Assembly: GCA_051294375.1 (NCBI GenBank)
Contig: CM119263.1
Location: 19,408,304-19,472,303, forward strand
Source: Paraspadella gotoi
Lineage: Eukaryota; Animalia; Chaetognatha
DNA length: 64,000 nt
Reading direction: 5' to 3'
The notes beneath the pieces are model-generated. The model did not search any database. It had not been told where the DNA came from and saw only the letters and a list, made by a program, of their open reading frames with translations. Positions 13,940-24,600 of this stretch are shown here, piece after piece. Both the position numbers and the translations under genes were made by a program. How positions within the stretch are numbered: the first letter of the stretch is position 1; the number at the start of each line of letters is the position of its first letter.

Positions 13940-16900
13940 CTTTCTTTCTCTAATTTTTTCTAGCCTCATTTTCTTTATCCTCAACTTTCCTCGTTTCCCT
14001 GTTTCTCTCTTTCTTATTATCTTTAAGAAGCAATCCTCGTGCTTACGTCAGAATTTCGTCACGCACAAAAAAAGACGATCTGATAACTTAGAAGTACTCG
14101 GCCCCCGCATCTGTCGCCGTCGTCGCTCACTTCCGGCCGTTTCCCGCTGATCTATCCAAAACCTCGCCTTTGTCGTCGTCGTTGTCGTCGTCGTTGTCAT
14201 CGCCGACGTTCTTGAAGACTTTCGAATAAAGGAAATAAAAGCAGCAAACCCAGCTATACGATTCACCGTACCGTCATCTTATGGTGATATTTCTTCCAAG
14301 CTTCTCTGATGAAGGGGACGCGTCTTTCGATGATTCTCCGCAGGACGTCAATGGAATCAAACTCTTTATAATCATCATTGATTTGAGCTACCTTTGCCAT
14401 CCATTGGAGATCCCAACAAAATTCGCGCAGACCATCGTGGTCAGAGGATTTGATCTCCCCTTCTTCAGAAGCTCTTCCAATTTATCCAAAGCTGTACATT
14501 TCTTGTAGCCCCTGATGTTCACGCAATCTTGTCTTCGCAAGCTCCAGAGCTTCTTCACCATTAGCATGCATCTTAAATTCTTGTATCGCCATATTGGCCG
14601 CTCCCTTGGTCCACTCCAACAACTCAAAAAACTTATCATGCCCAGTCATGCCTGGAACACTCTCAACGTGTAAAGCAAATTCCCTCAGGAAAGGTTCACA
14701 ACCTGCTGGTGTGCCTGCCCATTTTTCTGCCTGAGATGGACGCTTACGCTGCAGAGTGCTGCCACCAACCATATGCAGCAGGGCATATTCCTGGGAACTG
14801 AAATGTTGAGGGACCGGAGGAAGGGCTGCACCAATTGCAGGTGCTGCCGCGGCTGAAACCAAAGGAAGAGGATTAATAGGAGGAACCCAAACCCCTGCCA
14901 AAGGATTCAGAGCAATAGCACCTGGTGAAGGATCTTTGAAATCGATGTTCCTTTAATGAATTCTTCTCTACTGCTGTTGCAGCAGCAGCATCACCTCCAT
15001 TGGAAGCATCAATCACGGAGGAGTGCTTCGACGTCCAGTCTGCAACCATATCCTGTGTAGGCTGAGGAGGATCTGCAAGGAGAGGTAATTCTTGTTCATT
15101 ATCTATGGCTTCAACTGCATCAATTCTTGCCTGCAGGTCAACTTGAATCTTTTTACCTTCTAATTCTTTCATCTTAAGATCTCTTTCAAACTTTAGTTTT
15201 TCTAAAGCAGCATTCTGTTCAAAATCTTGTTTCAATAAGTCAACCATTTCTTGGTCAATCGCCTGTGTAGCCTTAATTGCTGCTAACTCAGCTTTCATAG
15301 ATTTAGCAGACCTGCTACTTTTACCAGACCCATGCGAATCTTTTCCAGAACCAGATCTGACTGACCTCCCTTCCCTCTTTGTCCCTGATCTCCTGCTAAT
15401 GTGGTTGGAATTCTCGCGAGCAGCATCACTAGGGCAACTTGAAGCCCGGCCAGTTCCTGAGGCAGCCCCTCTAGAGCCACCACAAGAACCAGCCTGGCTG
15501 AGCTCACCCACAGCTCTGCCACTCGGCGGTAACCCCAGTGCAGATGCACCCTCCACCTCAGACTGAGAAGGCCCTTTTGAATCATCATCATGACCAGTGA
15601 CAATCACCTTGGGCCTTACATCAACCTGAGTGGCAGGAACACCAAGCACTCCACCAGCTGTATCAAAAAAAAAAAGATCTGGAGGAGGACCATAACTTGG
15701 GCTTTTTGGAAACCCTCTTTGCTGTGCCAAGCTATCCCAAGCAAGAAGAGTAGCTCGTGCTTGATTAACTTCATCTCTATTAGCCTTAGCTCTTTTAGAA
15801 TCCCATGTCGTCACGCTCGTCCCCTCCAACACCATCAGGGCGGCATTGACTCGCATCGAGGGTGTAATCCGAATCTTCCCTTCCGCGACCTGCTTCAGCT
15901 CCGCGACCAACTCCAGGTGCGCCGCCCGAAGCTCATCATCGGTTGATTGTTACGGGGCGACCGGCGAAGGCCTGAGCGAGCGAAGCCATCTCGTATCTAT
16001 AGGAAAAGGGAAAAACCGAAAATTAAAAGGGGAAAAGATTAAATAAATATTGTCAAAATCGTATATAAAGGGCGAGCGTCGTCGTCAAAAAACGCGATGC
16101 TCAAGCCGTCATAATCTTTGGCTGAAGGTGTGAGAGACGGAGAAATTCTCGACGATCTTCTCCACCATCAGCGTCGTAAATAAAGACCGGATCTTTTGTC
16201 TCCAGTGTCGCAAATCTCCGCGCGTCGTAATTTTCGCCGAGAGAGAAAAGGGAGAGAAATTAGTTTTTTCACCAGCGTCACGTTTTGGCGAATAAATTCG
16301 CGTCATAAAAAGGCCGGGAATCAAAGCAAAAATTTCAATCGAATTTCAAATTCTCACCTTTTTCAAAACCTCTCACCTCGGCGAAGACGCGACGACGTTT
16401 CAGCTCCGTTTTCAATGTTTGATCTTGTATCTAAAATAACCTAAATTGCTCGGCCAGGAATTCGAATGTTAGTGAGGTTAAAACGTATATTAATATCAAA
16501 TAAAAGGCACGAAATCAACGTATTAAAAACAAGGTAAAAACAAGTTAAAAACAGATTAAAAACAGGTTAAAAACAAGTTAAAAATTCGTGCGTCGCAAGT
16601 AAAATAATAACCTCTACTGGGTTTGAAAACGGTTGGCCGTCTATATTACAAGATCATATGCGACTCAATAAGGCTACGACCAACGCGTTTCCTCAATGAC
16701 TGCGCGCGGAAACCGCGGTAAAAAAGGTAGAATTCTCTTCTCCCAACTCTCGACGGTGATTGGTCCAGGCCCGCCAATCCAGGACCGCAGGGAAGAAGCT
16801 TGCATTTTGCGATCCAAAACGCGAAGGGGAACCGCGCGGCCCAACACAGATACAATATTATATATTATATATTTAAAAATTTATTTTTCTAGCATTTGGA

Positions 16901-18628
16901 CTCACAAGCAACACTGTGCGACGATTTTTATTTTTAATAAGTTTTTATTGGACTTTTTTTAAATTTTGCATTATATTGAGAAAACGATTTTGAATTAAGC
17001 CCGCGCTCTACCTGATTTGAATAGTAAAATCAATACAGTTTCTGTCAATTGTGATCAAAAATTGAAAAAAATGAAGGCTTGACTATGCAGTTTTCACCTA
17101 AAAAACCAGTTCATTTGATTGCTTTATCAAGCAATTAAGATTGCAAGAATTTTAATTTTGCTTTTTTTCATCATGTAGAGAAGACAATAAGGTTTCGGAA
17201 ACTGGACTAATATGTATGATTTGGTCTTTTTTACTCAAGAGCAGGAGGTTTTCTTGGAATAGGGAAAAAACGCCCTGACCAGTCAATTTAAATACCATTT
17301 TTGGGCATGATAAAATGGGAATTTCGATCGCGCTCTACCTCCATTGGCTTCCCAAGACGCCAAGCTTTCGAAATCTGCCCATATTGACATAATTTGTTTG
17401 GCCTTGACTATGCAGTTTTGAATAGAAGTGAAATATAAAGGAATCTTGATCGGAGCTTCGATTCGAACGATGCTCATCTCTATATTAATAAACATTTGAA
17501 AAACGCGCAATANNNNNNNNNNNNNNNNNNNNNNNNNTTGATGTTCGAGGTTGTCGGCGTCGACGAGGCGATTGTATGGAGGACTTGCTGGCCTTGCTGG
17601 ATTTCTCCAAGATCCCAGAAATCTAGCGTGATTTGCTTTTTTTTTTTCCATCGCACGTTCGGTCTTTCCCTCTCTTTCCGTCCGGACGGAAACAGGAAAG
17701 GCTTGCGCTTCGGTATTCGTGACTGACCATCGGGCAATGAGACGCAAGGAATTCAAATGAGTTGACCCCGGAGCGATCTCTCCGTATAGAAAGACAGGGA
17801 GGCCCTGAGAGGCGCTGAGAGGCATCGTTCCTTTTAAGACTAAGATTTTTAACGAAGAGACGACGACGACGACTACTGTGAGACAAGCATACCAATACTT
17901 ATATCATACTTATATCATAAGGGTAAAAAAATATACTATGAAATTTAGTTCAATAGGGGCGGGGTTCAAAACTTTAGTCTTGAAGTTTACTTTCAGGTAA
18001 AAAAAGATTTTTTTTTTAAAATCAAAATTACATCAAAATTAACTTTTTGATGGATTCTGATATTAATTGGGGATGAGCATCGTTTCTAAACAACTCATTG
18101 TTTTATATCAAATTTGGTAGCGTTCGATAGACAATTGCAAACATTATCTACATGCATAATTTCATCATAATCCGATAATCCGTTCAAAAGTAATCGCCAA
18201 AAAGCAATCGCAAAAATCGCTCTTCAAACCGATCAACTTTCCTTTAAAATCGAGCTCGTTTTGATCCAACAAAGATTAGTACTATGCGTAGTACTAAGCT
18301 TTAGAACCGGCGCACAGTGAGACCCTGGGCCTGAATTTTTCAGAAAAATCCCGTTCAGTTAAAAATAATTTTTTATTATATATTAATTATAAAAATATTT
18401 TTTTTAAAATTTATTTGAATATTAAAATAATTAAAACATAATTTTTTATAATTTTAAATAAATAAAATAAAATTATTTTATAATAAAATATATATTATTA
18501 TCAGATTATATAATAATAATAAAATAATAATAATAATAAAATAATAATAATAAAAATGATAATTATAATTAAAAAAATTAAAATTAAAAAATAAAATATT
18601 TATATTTATTTATTATTATTATTTATTA

Positions 18629-18682
<54 letters not shown>

Positions 18683-21600
18683 AATAAAAAAAATATTTTT
18701 TTTTTATTTATTATATTTAATATGATTATTATATTTTATTAAAATTAAAATTTTATTTTAATTTTATATTTTATAATCATACCATAATAAAAAAAACTTG
18801 CAGTTTAGAAAAATTATTTAATTTTATTGTAAATATATTTTTTTATACATATATACTTTTTAATATATAGTACTACCTTTCTCAGATTGAATAAAAAAAT
18901 TTATTTTTAACATTATAATTATATTTATATAAATATTTTTATATATTATTTTTATATATATGTTTGATCTTGTATCTAAAATAACCTAAATTGCTCGGCC
19001 AGGAATTCGAATGTTAGTGAGGTTAAAACGTATATTAATATCAAATAAAAGGCACCGAAATCAACGTATTAAAAACAAGGTAAAAACAAGTTAAAAACAG
19101 ATTAAAACAGGTTAAAAACAAGTTAAAATTCGTGCGTCGCAAGTAAAATAATAACCTCTTACTGGGTTGAAACGGTTGGCCGTCTATATTACAAGATCAT
19201 TATGCGACTCAATAAGGCTACGACCAACGCGTTTCTCAATGACTGCGCGCGGAAACCGCGGGTAAAAAGGTAGAATTCTCTTCTCCCAACTCTCGACGGT
19301 GATTGGTCCAGGCCCGCCAATCCAGGACCGCAGGGAAGAAGCTTGCATTTTGCGATCCAAAAGCGCAAGGGGAACCGACGCGGCCCAACACAGATACACC
19401 CCCCTCCCGCAAGCACGCCTTGCGGAGCGCCTGGCTGAAGTCCACGTGACTGCGTCTTCACCTGACCTGAAAATGGATAAGGCGGCCCAACCTTACCGTC
19501 TCCGAGACCCATCCTGTTGCCGATCCAGCAACTGGACAGGGGGAGAGAAGGAGAGCAAAGGTGGATCCAGGAAGGCTTCAAAAGAGATCAATTAAGGGAA
19601 GGAACAATTCCCCCTCCATCACAGAAACCCACTGGTCCCAGAAATCGATCTCTCTCAAATCCGACACCAGATCCAATCTAGAATAAAATCAAAATAAAAA
19701 GCGACGAATCCTCGACGCTAAACCAATCCATAAGCAAAAATCATATTCAAAATCATATGCCAGTCTAAAATACCGATCTAAATCAAATTAATAAATCAAA
19801 TCAAGCAGCAAAACGAAATGCCGTCAAATGCACACAAGCACTATCATAGCATGCCAGAGCATCTAGAGTAATCATCTACCCGCCGTCGACAACTCCGTAG
19901 TTGCCGGGGCTGATCGAGCAGATCACGATCAAGGGAGGCGGAGGTTGCTTCCTTGGTCTGTCCACGGCGTCGTGGAGTGGGAGGCACAGCCTCAACTGCC
20001 GTCATGGATGGGGCTTCCCCCTCCATCTGCTGACCGCTAGGAGCATCATCTGAGGATGCATCAATAATGGCTGGTTCCATATTCATGTCATCAAGACAGG
20101 CTGCTAAGCCTTTGGCATTTTCGCTCGCCACTGCGTCATCACCATCAGCTTCAAGAAGCACCAATCCCTTACGATCACGGTGAAGGCGCTTGCCTAAAGC
20201 GGTACGAACAGTCACTCTCCGGACAATTCCGTCAACAGGCATCGTCTCTTCGACTATCGCCATATTCCAGGCGTCGTCAAAGGCTTCACGATCGCGAAGC
20301 AACTTAGCATGAGCTTTCTCGGCTCTCTTAATAGCCATGGCACGATGGTCAACCTTAGAAAGGTTCATCCGCAGCAGCTTTACGGCCACCTTTCCATGGG
20401 AGAGCAACCCAAAAATGCCCATCAACCAATTCAATTGATTCCCTGAAGACTTCTTCAGCCTCCAAATCATCTCTAGAATCGACCATCCTTCTCATGAGGC
20501 AGGTCACCAAAATCCACCTGAAGCAACGATCAAGCCGTCGAGACAGCTCTTCATTGTCCAGGGTGATAATGGCTGACAAAACTGAGCCGGGAGAGTTAGA
20601 GAGCTCGACCCGGTAACAGTCCAGCCCCAGAAGGTCTTCACTGCTGTCAGGCCAGACTTGCCTCCATGCCTGACACAAGGTAAGGCTGCCGATACAGCTG
20701 CCGCCTTAGTGTCAGTGCAAGGGGAAGTCATACCTTCATCACATATCGCGCTGGATTTCAGAACATCCTCAACAGCAGAAGAGCTGGAGGAGTTCATACT
20801 CTCTTCCAAATCGTTAGGGTTTTGAATTTCTACTCTAGCGCCAGTAGCGCGAGCAGAAGCCATATTGTCGTTGTCAGGGTAAAGTTGTCCATAGTATGTG
20901 TGCCAAAAATCGGCACCCAAGATCACATCAATCTCATTCCTGTCCAACTCATGAAGGACCACTCCATGAAGATGCGGAAACTTAGTTAATCTTTATTCTT
21001 AGGAATGTGAACTCCATGGCCTGCTGGTATATCAGCAACGACTACAGAATCCAATCCTCACTGTATAAGCCATCAATTGATTCTAAAGTGAAATCAACCT
21101 GATCTCTTTCTCCACGTTTGGTGGAGTCCAGAGTCGCCACTTGCATCTCCACAGATGTAGTCTTCAAATGCAGCTCCTCCACCAACCTTCTCGAACATAA
21201 GTACGGTTACTGCCAGAATCAACAATGCGTAAACTTCAGTTACCTTGTCAGGACCCTTGACACGAACCGCTACAATCGGAACGATAAGCTGGAGATGAAG
21301 CAACCTGTGCGGTCGCACAGGTTGCTTCATCTCAAGTTGAGCATCAAATGAAGGAGCGTGTGATGTAGATCTGATTCGCACTTGCTACACGTCTCTTTGA
21401 CCCGGCAATCTTGTGCATGTGTCCTCGCCGCAGACATGATAGCAGCTGCCAGTGCTCCGAATCTGGAAACTCGTTCAGACACAGATTTTGATTTGAACAA
21501 AGAACAATCAATAATATTATGTTCATTCTTACATACTTGACAATACGGAATCTTCTTTGCCACAGCAGTGGAATCAGTCATCGCAGGTGGCATTGCTGAT

Positions 21601-24600
21601 GCCTTTTGAATCTTTCTCCAACTGTTTCCCTGACTGCTGCTGCTGGGTCCCAGGCTTCTTAAATCCCTTAGCCACTTTAGAAGCAGTTTCTGAAAACTGT
21701 TTGGCCTTGGAATCAGCAGTTGCCTGTACAATGTTGACTTAGGTCAGCAGCAGCCTTGGCCTTGGATGGGCTGCTGGATCTTGCTGCACCTTTTGACGCA
21801 AAAGGAGATTCCATCTCCAAACTCTGTCATGAATAAAGGAAATAAAAGCAGCAAACCCAGCTATACGATTCAAGTACCGTCATCTTATGGTGATATATTC
21901 TTCCAAGCTTCTCTGATGAAGGGGACGCGTCTTTCGATGATTCTCCGCAGGACGTCAATGGAATCAAACTCTTTATAATCATCATTGATTTGAGCTACCT
22001 TTGCCATCCATTGGAGATCCCAACAAAATTCGCGCAGACCACGTGGTCAGAGGATTTGATCTCCCCCTTCTTCAGAAACTCTTCCAATTTATCCAAAGCT
22101 GTACATTTCTTGTAGCCTGATGTTCACGCAATCTTGTCTTCGCAAGCTCCAGAGCTTCTTCACCATTAGCATGCATCTTAAATTCTTGTATCGCCATATT
22201 GGCCGTCCCCTTGGTCCACTCCAACAACTCAAAAAACTTATCATGCCCAGTCATGCCTGGAACACTCTCAACGTGTAAAGCAAATTCCCTCAGGAAAGGT
22301 TCACAACCTGCTGGTGTGCCTGCCCATTTTTCTGCCTGAGATGGACGCTTACGCTGCAGAGTGCTGCCACCAACCATATGCAGCAGATATTCCTGGGAAC
22401 TGAAATGTTGAGGGACCGAGGAAGGGCTGCACCAATTGCAGGTGCTGCCGCGGCTGAAACAAAGGAGAGGATTAATAGGAGGAACCCAAACCCCTGCCAA
22501 AGGATTCAAGCAATAGCACCTGGTGAAGGATCTTTGAAATCGATGTTCTCCTTTAATGAATTCTTCTCTACTGCTGTTGCAGCAGCAGCATCACCTCCAT
22601 TGGAAGCATCAATCACGGAGGAGTGCTTCGACGTCCAGTCTGCAACCATATCCTGTGTAGGCTGAGGAGGGATCTGCAAGGAGAGGTAATTCTTGTTCAT
22701 TATCTATGGCTTCAACTGCATCAATTCTTGCCTGCAGGTCAACTTGAATCTTTTTACCTTCTAATTCTTTCATCTTAAGATCTCTTTCAAACTTTAGTTT
22801 TTCTAAGCAGCATTCTGTTCAAAATCTTGTTTCAATAAGTGCAACCATTTCTTGGTCAATCGCCTGTGTAGCCTTAATTGCTGCTAACTCAGCTTTCATA
22901 GATTTAGCAGACCTGCTACTTTTACCAGACCCATGCGAATCTTTTCCAGAACCAGATCTGACTGACCTCCCTTCCCTCTTTGTCCCTGATCTCCTGCTAA
23001 TGTGGTTGGAATTCTCGCGAGCAGCATCACTAGGGCAACTTGAAGCCCGGCCAGTTCCTGAGGCAGCCCCTCTAGAGCCACCACAAGAACCAGCCTGGCT
23101 GAGCTCACCACAGCTCTGCCACTCGGCGGTAACCCCAGTGCAGATGCACCCTCCACCTCAGACTGAGAGAGCCCTTTTGAATCATCATCATGACCAGTGA
23201 CAATCACCTTGGGCCTTACATCAACCTGAGTGGCAGGAACACCAAGCACTCCACCAGCTGTATCAAAAAAAAAAAGATCTGGGAGGAGACCATAACTTGG
23301 GCTTTTTGGAAACCCTCTTTGCTGTGCCAGCTATCCAAGCAAGAAGAGTAGCTCGTGCTTGATTAACTTCATCTCTATTAGCCTTAGCTCTTTTAGAATC
23401 CCATGTCGTCACGCTCGTCCCCTCCAACACCATCAGGGCGGCATTGACTCGCATCGAGGGTTGTAATCCGAATCTTCCCTTCCGCGACCTGCTTCAGCTC
23501 CGCGACCAACTCCAGGTGCGCCGCCCGAAGCTCATCATCGGGTTGATTGTTACGGGGCGACCGGCGAAGGCCTGAGCGAGCGAAGCCATCTCGTATCTAT
23601 AGGAAAAGGGAAAAACCGAAAATTAAAGGGGAAAAGATTAAATAAATATTGTCAAAATCGTATATTAAAGGGCGAGCGTCGTCGTCAAAAAACGCGATAG
23701 CTCAAGCCGTCATAATCTTTGGCTGAAGGTGTGAGAGACGGAGAAATTCTCGACGATCTTCTCCACCATCAGCGTCGTAAATAAAGACCGGATCTTTTGT
23801 CTCCAGTGTCGCAAATCTCCGCGCGTCGTAATTTTCGCCGAGAAGAGAAAAGGGAGAAAGAATTAGTTTTTTCACCAGCGTCACGTTTTGGCGAATAAAT
23901 TCGCGTCATAAAAAGGCCGGGAATCAAAGCAAAAATTTCAATCGAATTTCAAATTCTCACCTTTTCAAAACCTCTCACCTCGGCGAAGACGCGACGACGT
24001 TTCAGCTCCGTTTTCAATGTTTGATCTTGTATCTAAAATAACCTAAATTGCTCGGCCAGGAATTCGAATGTTAGTGAGGTTAAAACGTATATTAATATCA
24101 AATAAAAGGCACGAAATCAACGTATTAAAAACAAGGTAAAAACAAGTTAAAAACAGATTAAAAACAGGTTAAAAAACAAGTTTAAAAATTCGTGCGTTGC
24201 AAGTAAAATAATAACCTCTACTGGGTTTGAAAACGGTTGGCCGTCTATATTACAAGATCATATGCGACTCAATAAGGCTACGACCAACGCGTTTCCTCAA
24301 TGAGCTGCGGCGGAAACCGCGGTAAAAAAAGGTAGAATTCTCTTCTCCCAACTCTCGACGGTGATTGGTCCAGGCCCGCCAATCCAGGACCGCAGGGAAG
24401 AAGCTTGCATTTTGCGATCCAAAACGCGAAGGGGAACCGCGCGGCCCAACACAGATACAATATATATATATTATATATTTAAAAATTTATTTTTCTAGCA
24501 TTTGGACTCACAAGCAACACTGTGCGACGATTTTTTTTTTAATAAGTTTTTATTGGACTTTTTTTAAATTTTGCATTATATTGAGAAAACGATTTTGAAT

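Larger units (their letters stand above)
18961..24459 (-). mobile_element. BEL/Pao LTR retrotransposon, internally deleted (gag, protease and C-terminal tail only)
   Basis: ~440 bp LTRs at 18961-19398 and 24018-24459 with TG..CA ends; ATATA flanks on both sides; purine tract GGGAGGGGGG before the 3' LTR; Cys/His knuckles (CQVCKNEHNIIDC...CSKCESDLHHTLLH); protease-region motifs VPIVAVRV..YALL, IDVILGAD, KTFWGWTV; VALPWK; C-terminal W.MA.V..DGIVRRVTVRT. Many frameshifts. Confidence 0.92.
18313..24524. mobile_element. Transib/RAG-like non-autonomous element with CACAGTG termini, interrupted by the LTR element
   Basis: CACAGTG at 18313-18319 and CACTGTG at 24518-24524, flanked by CGGCG and CGACG (CGNCG-type 5-bp TSD with one mismatch). 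Confidence 0.6.

Noticed and set aside
18360-18960. Extreme AT-only tract as an origin or special structure
   Set aside because: Low complexity and possibly poor-quality consensus; nothing specific can be supported.
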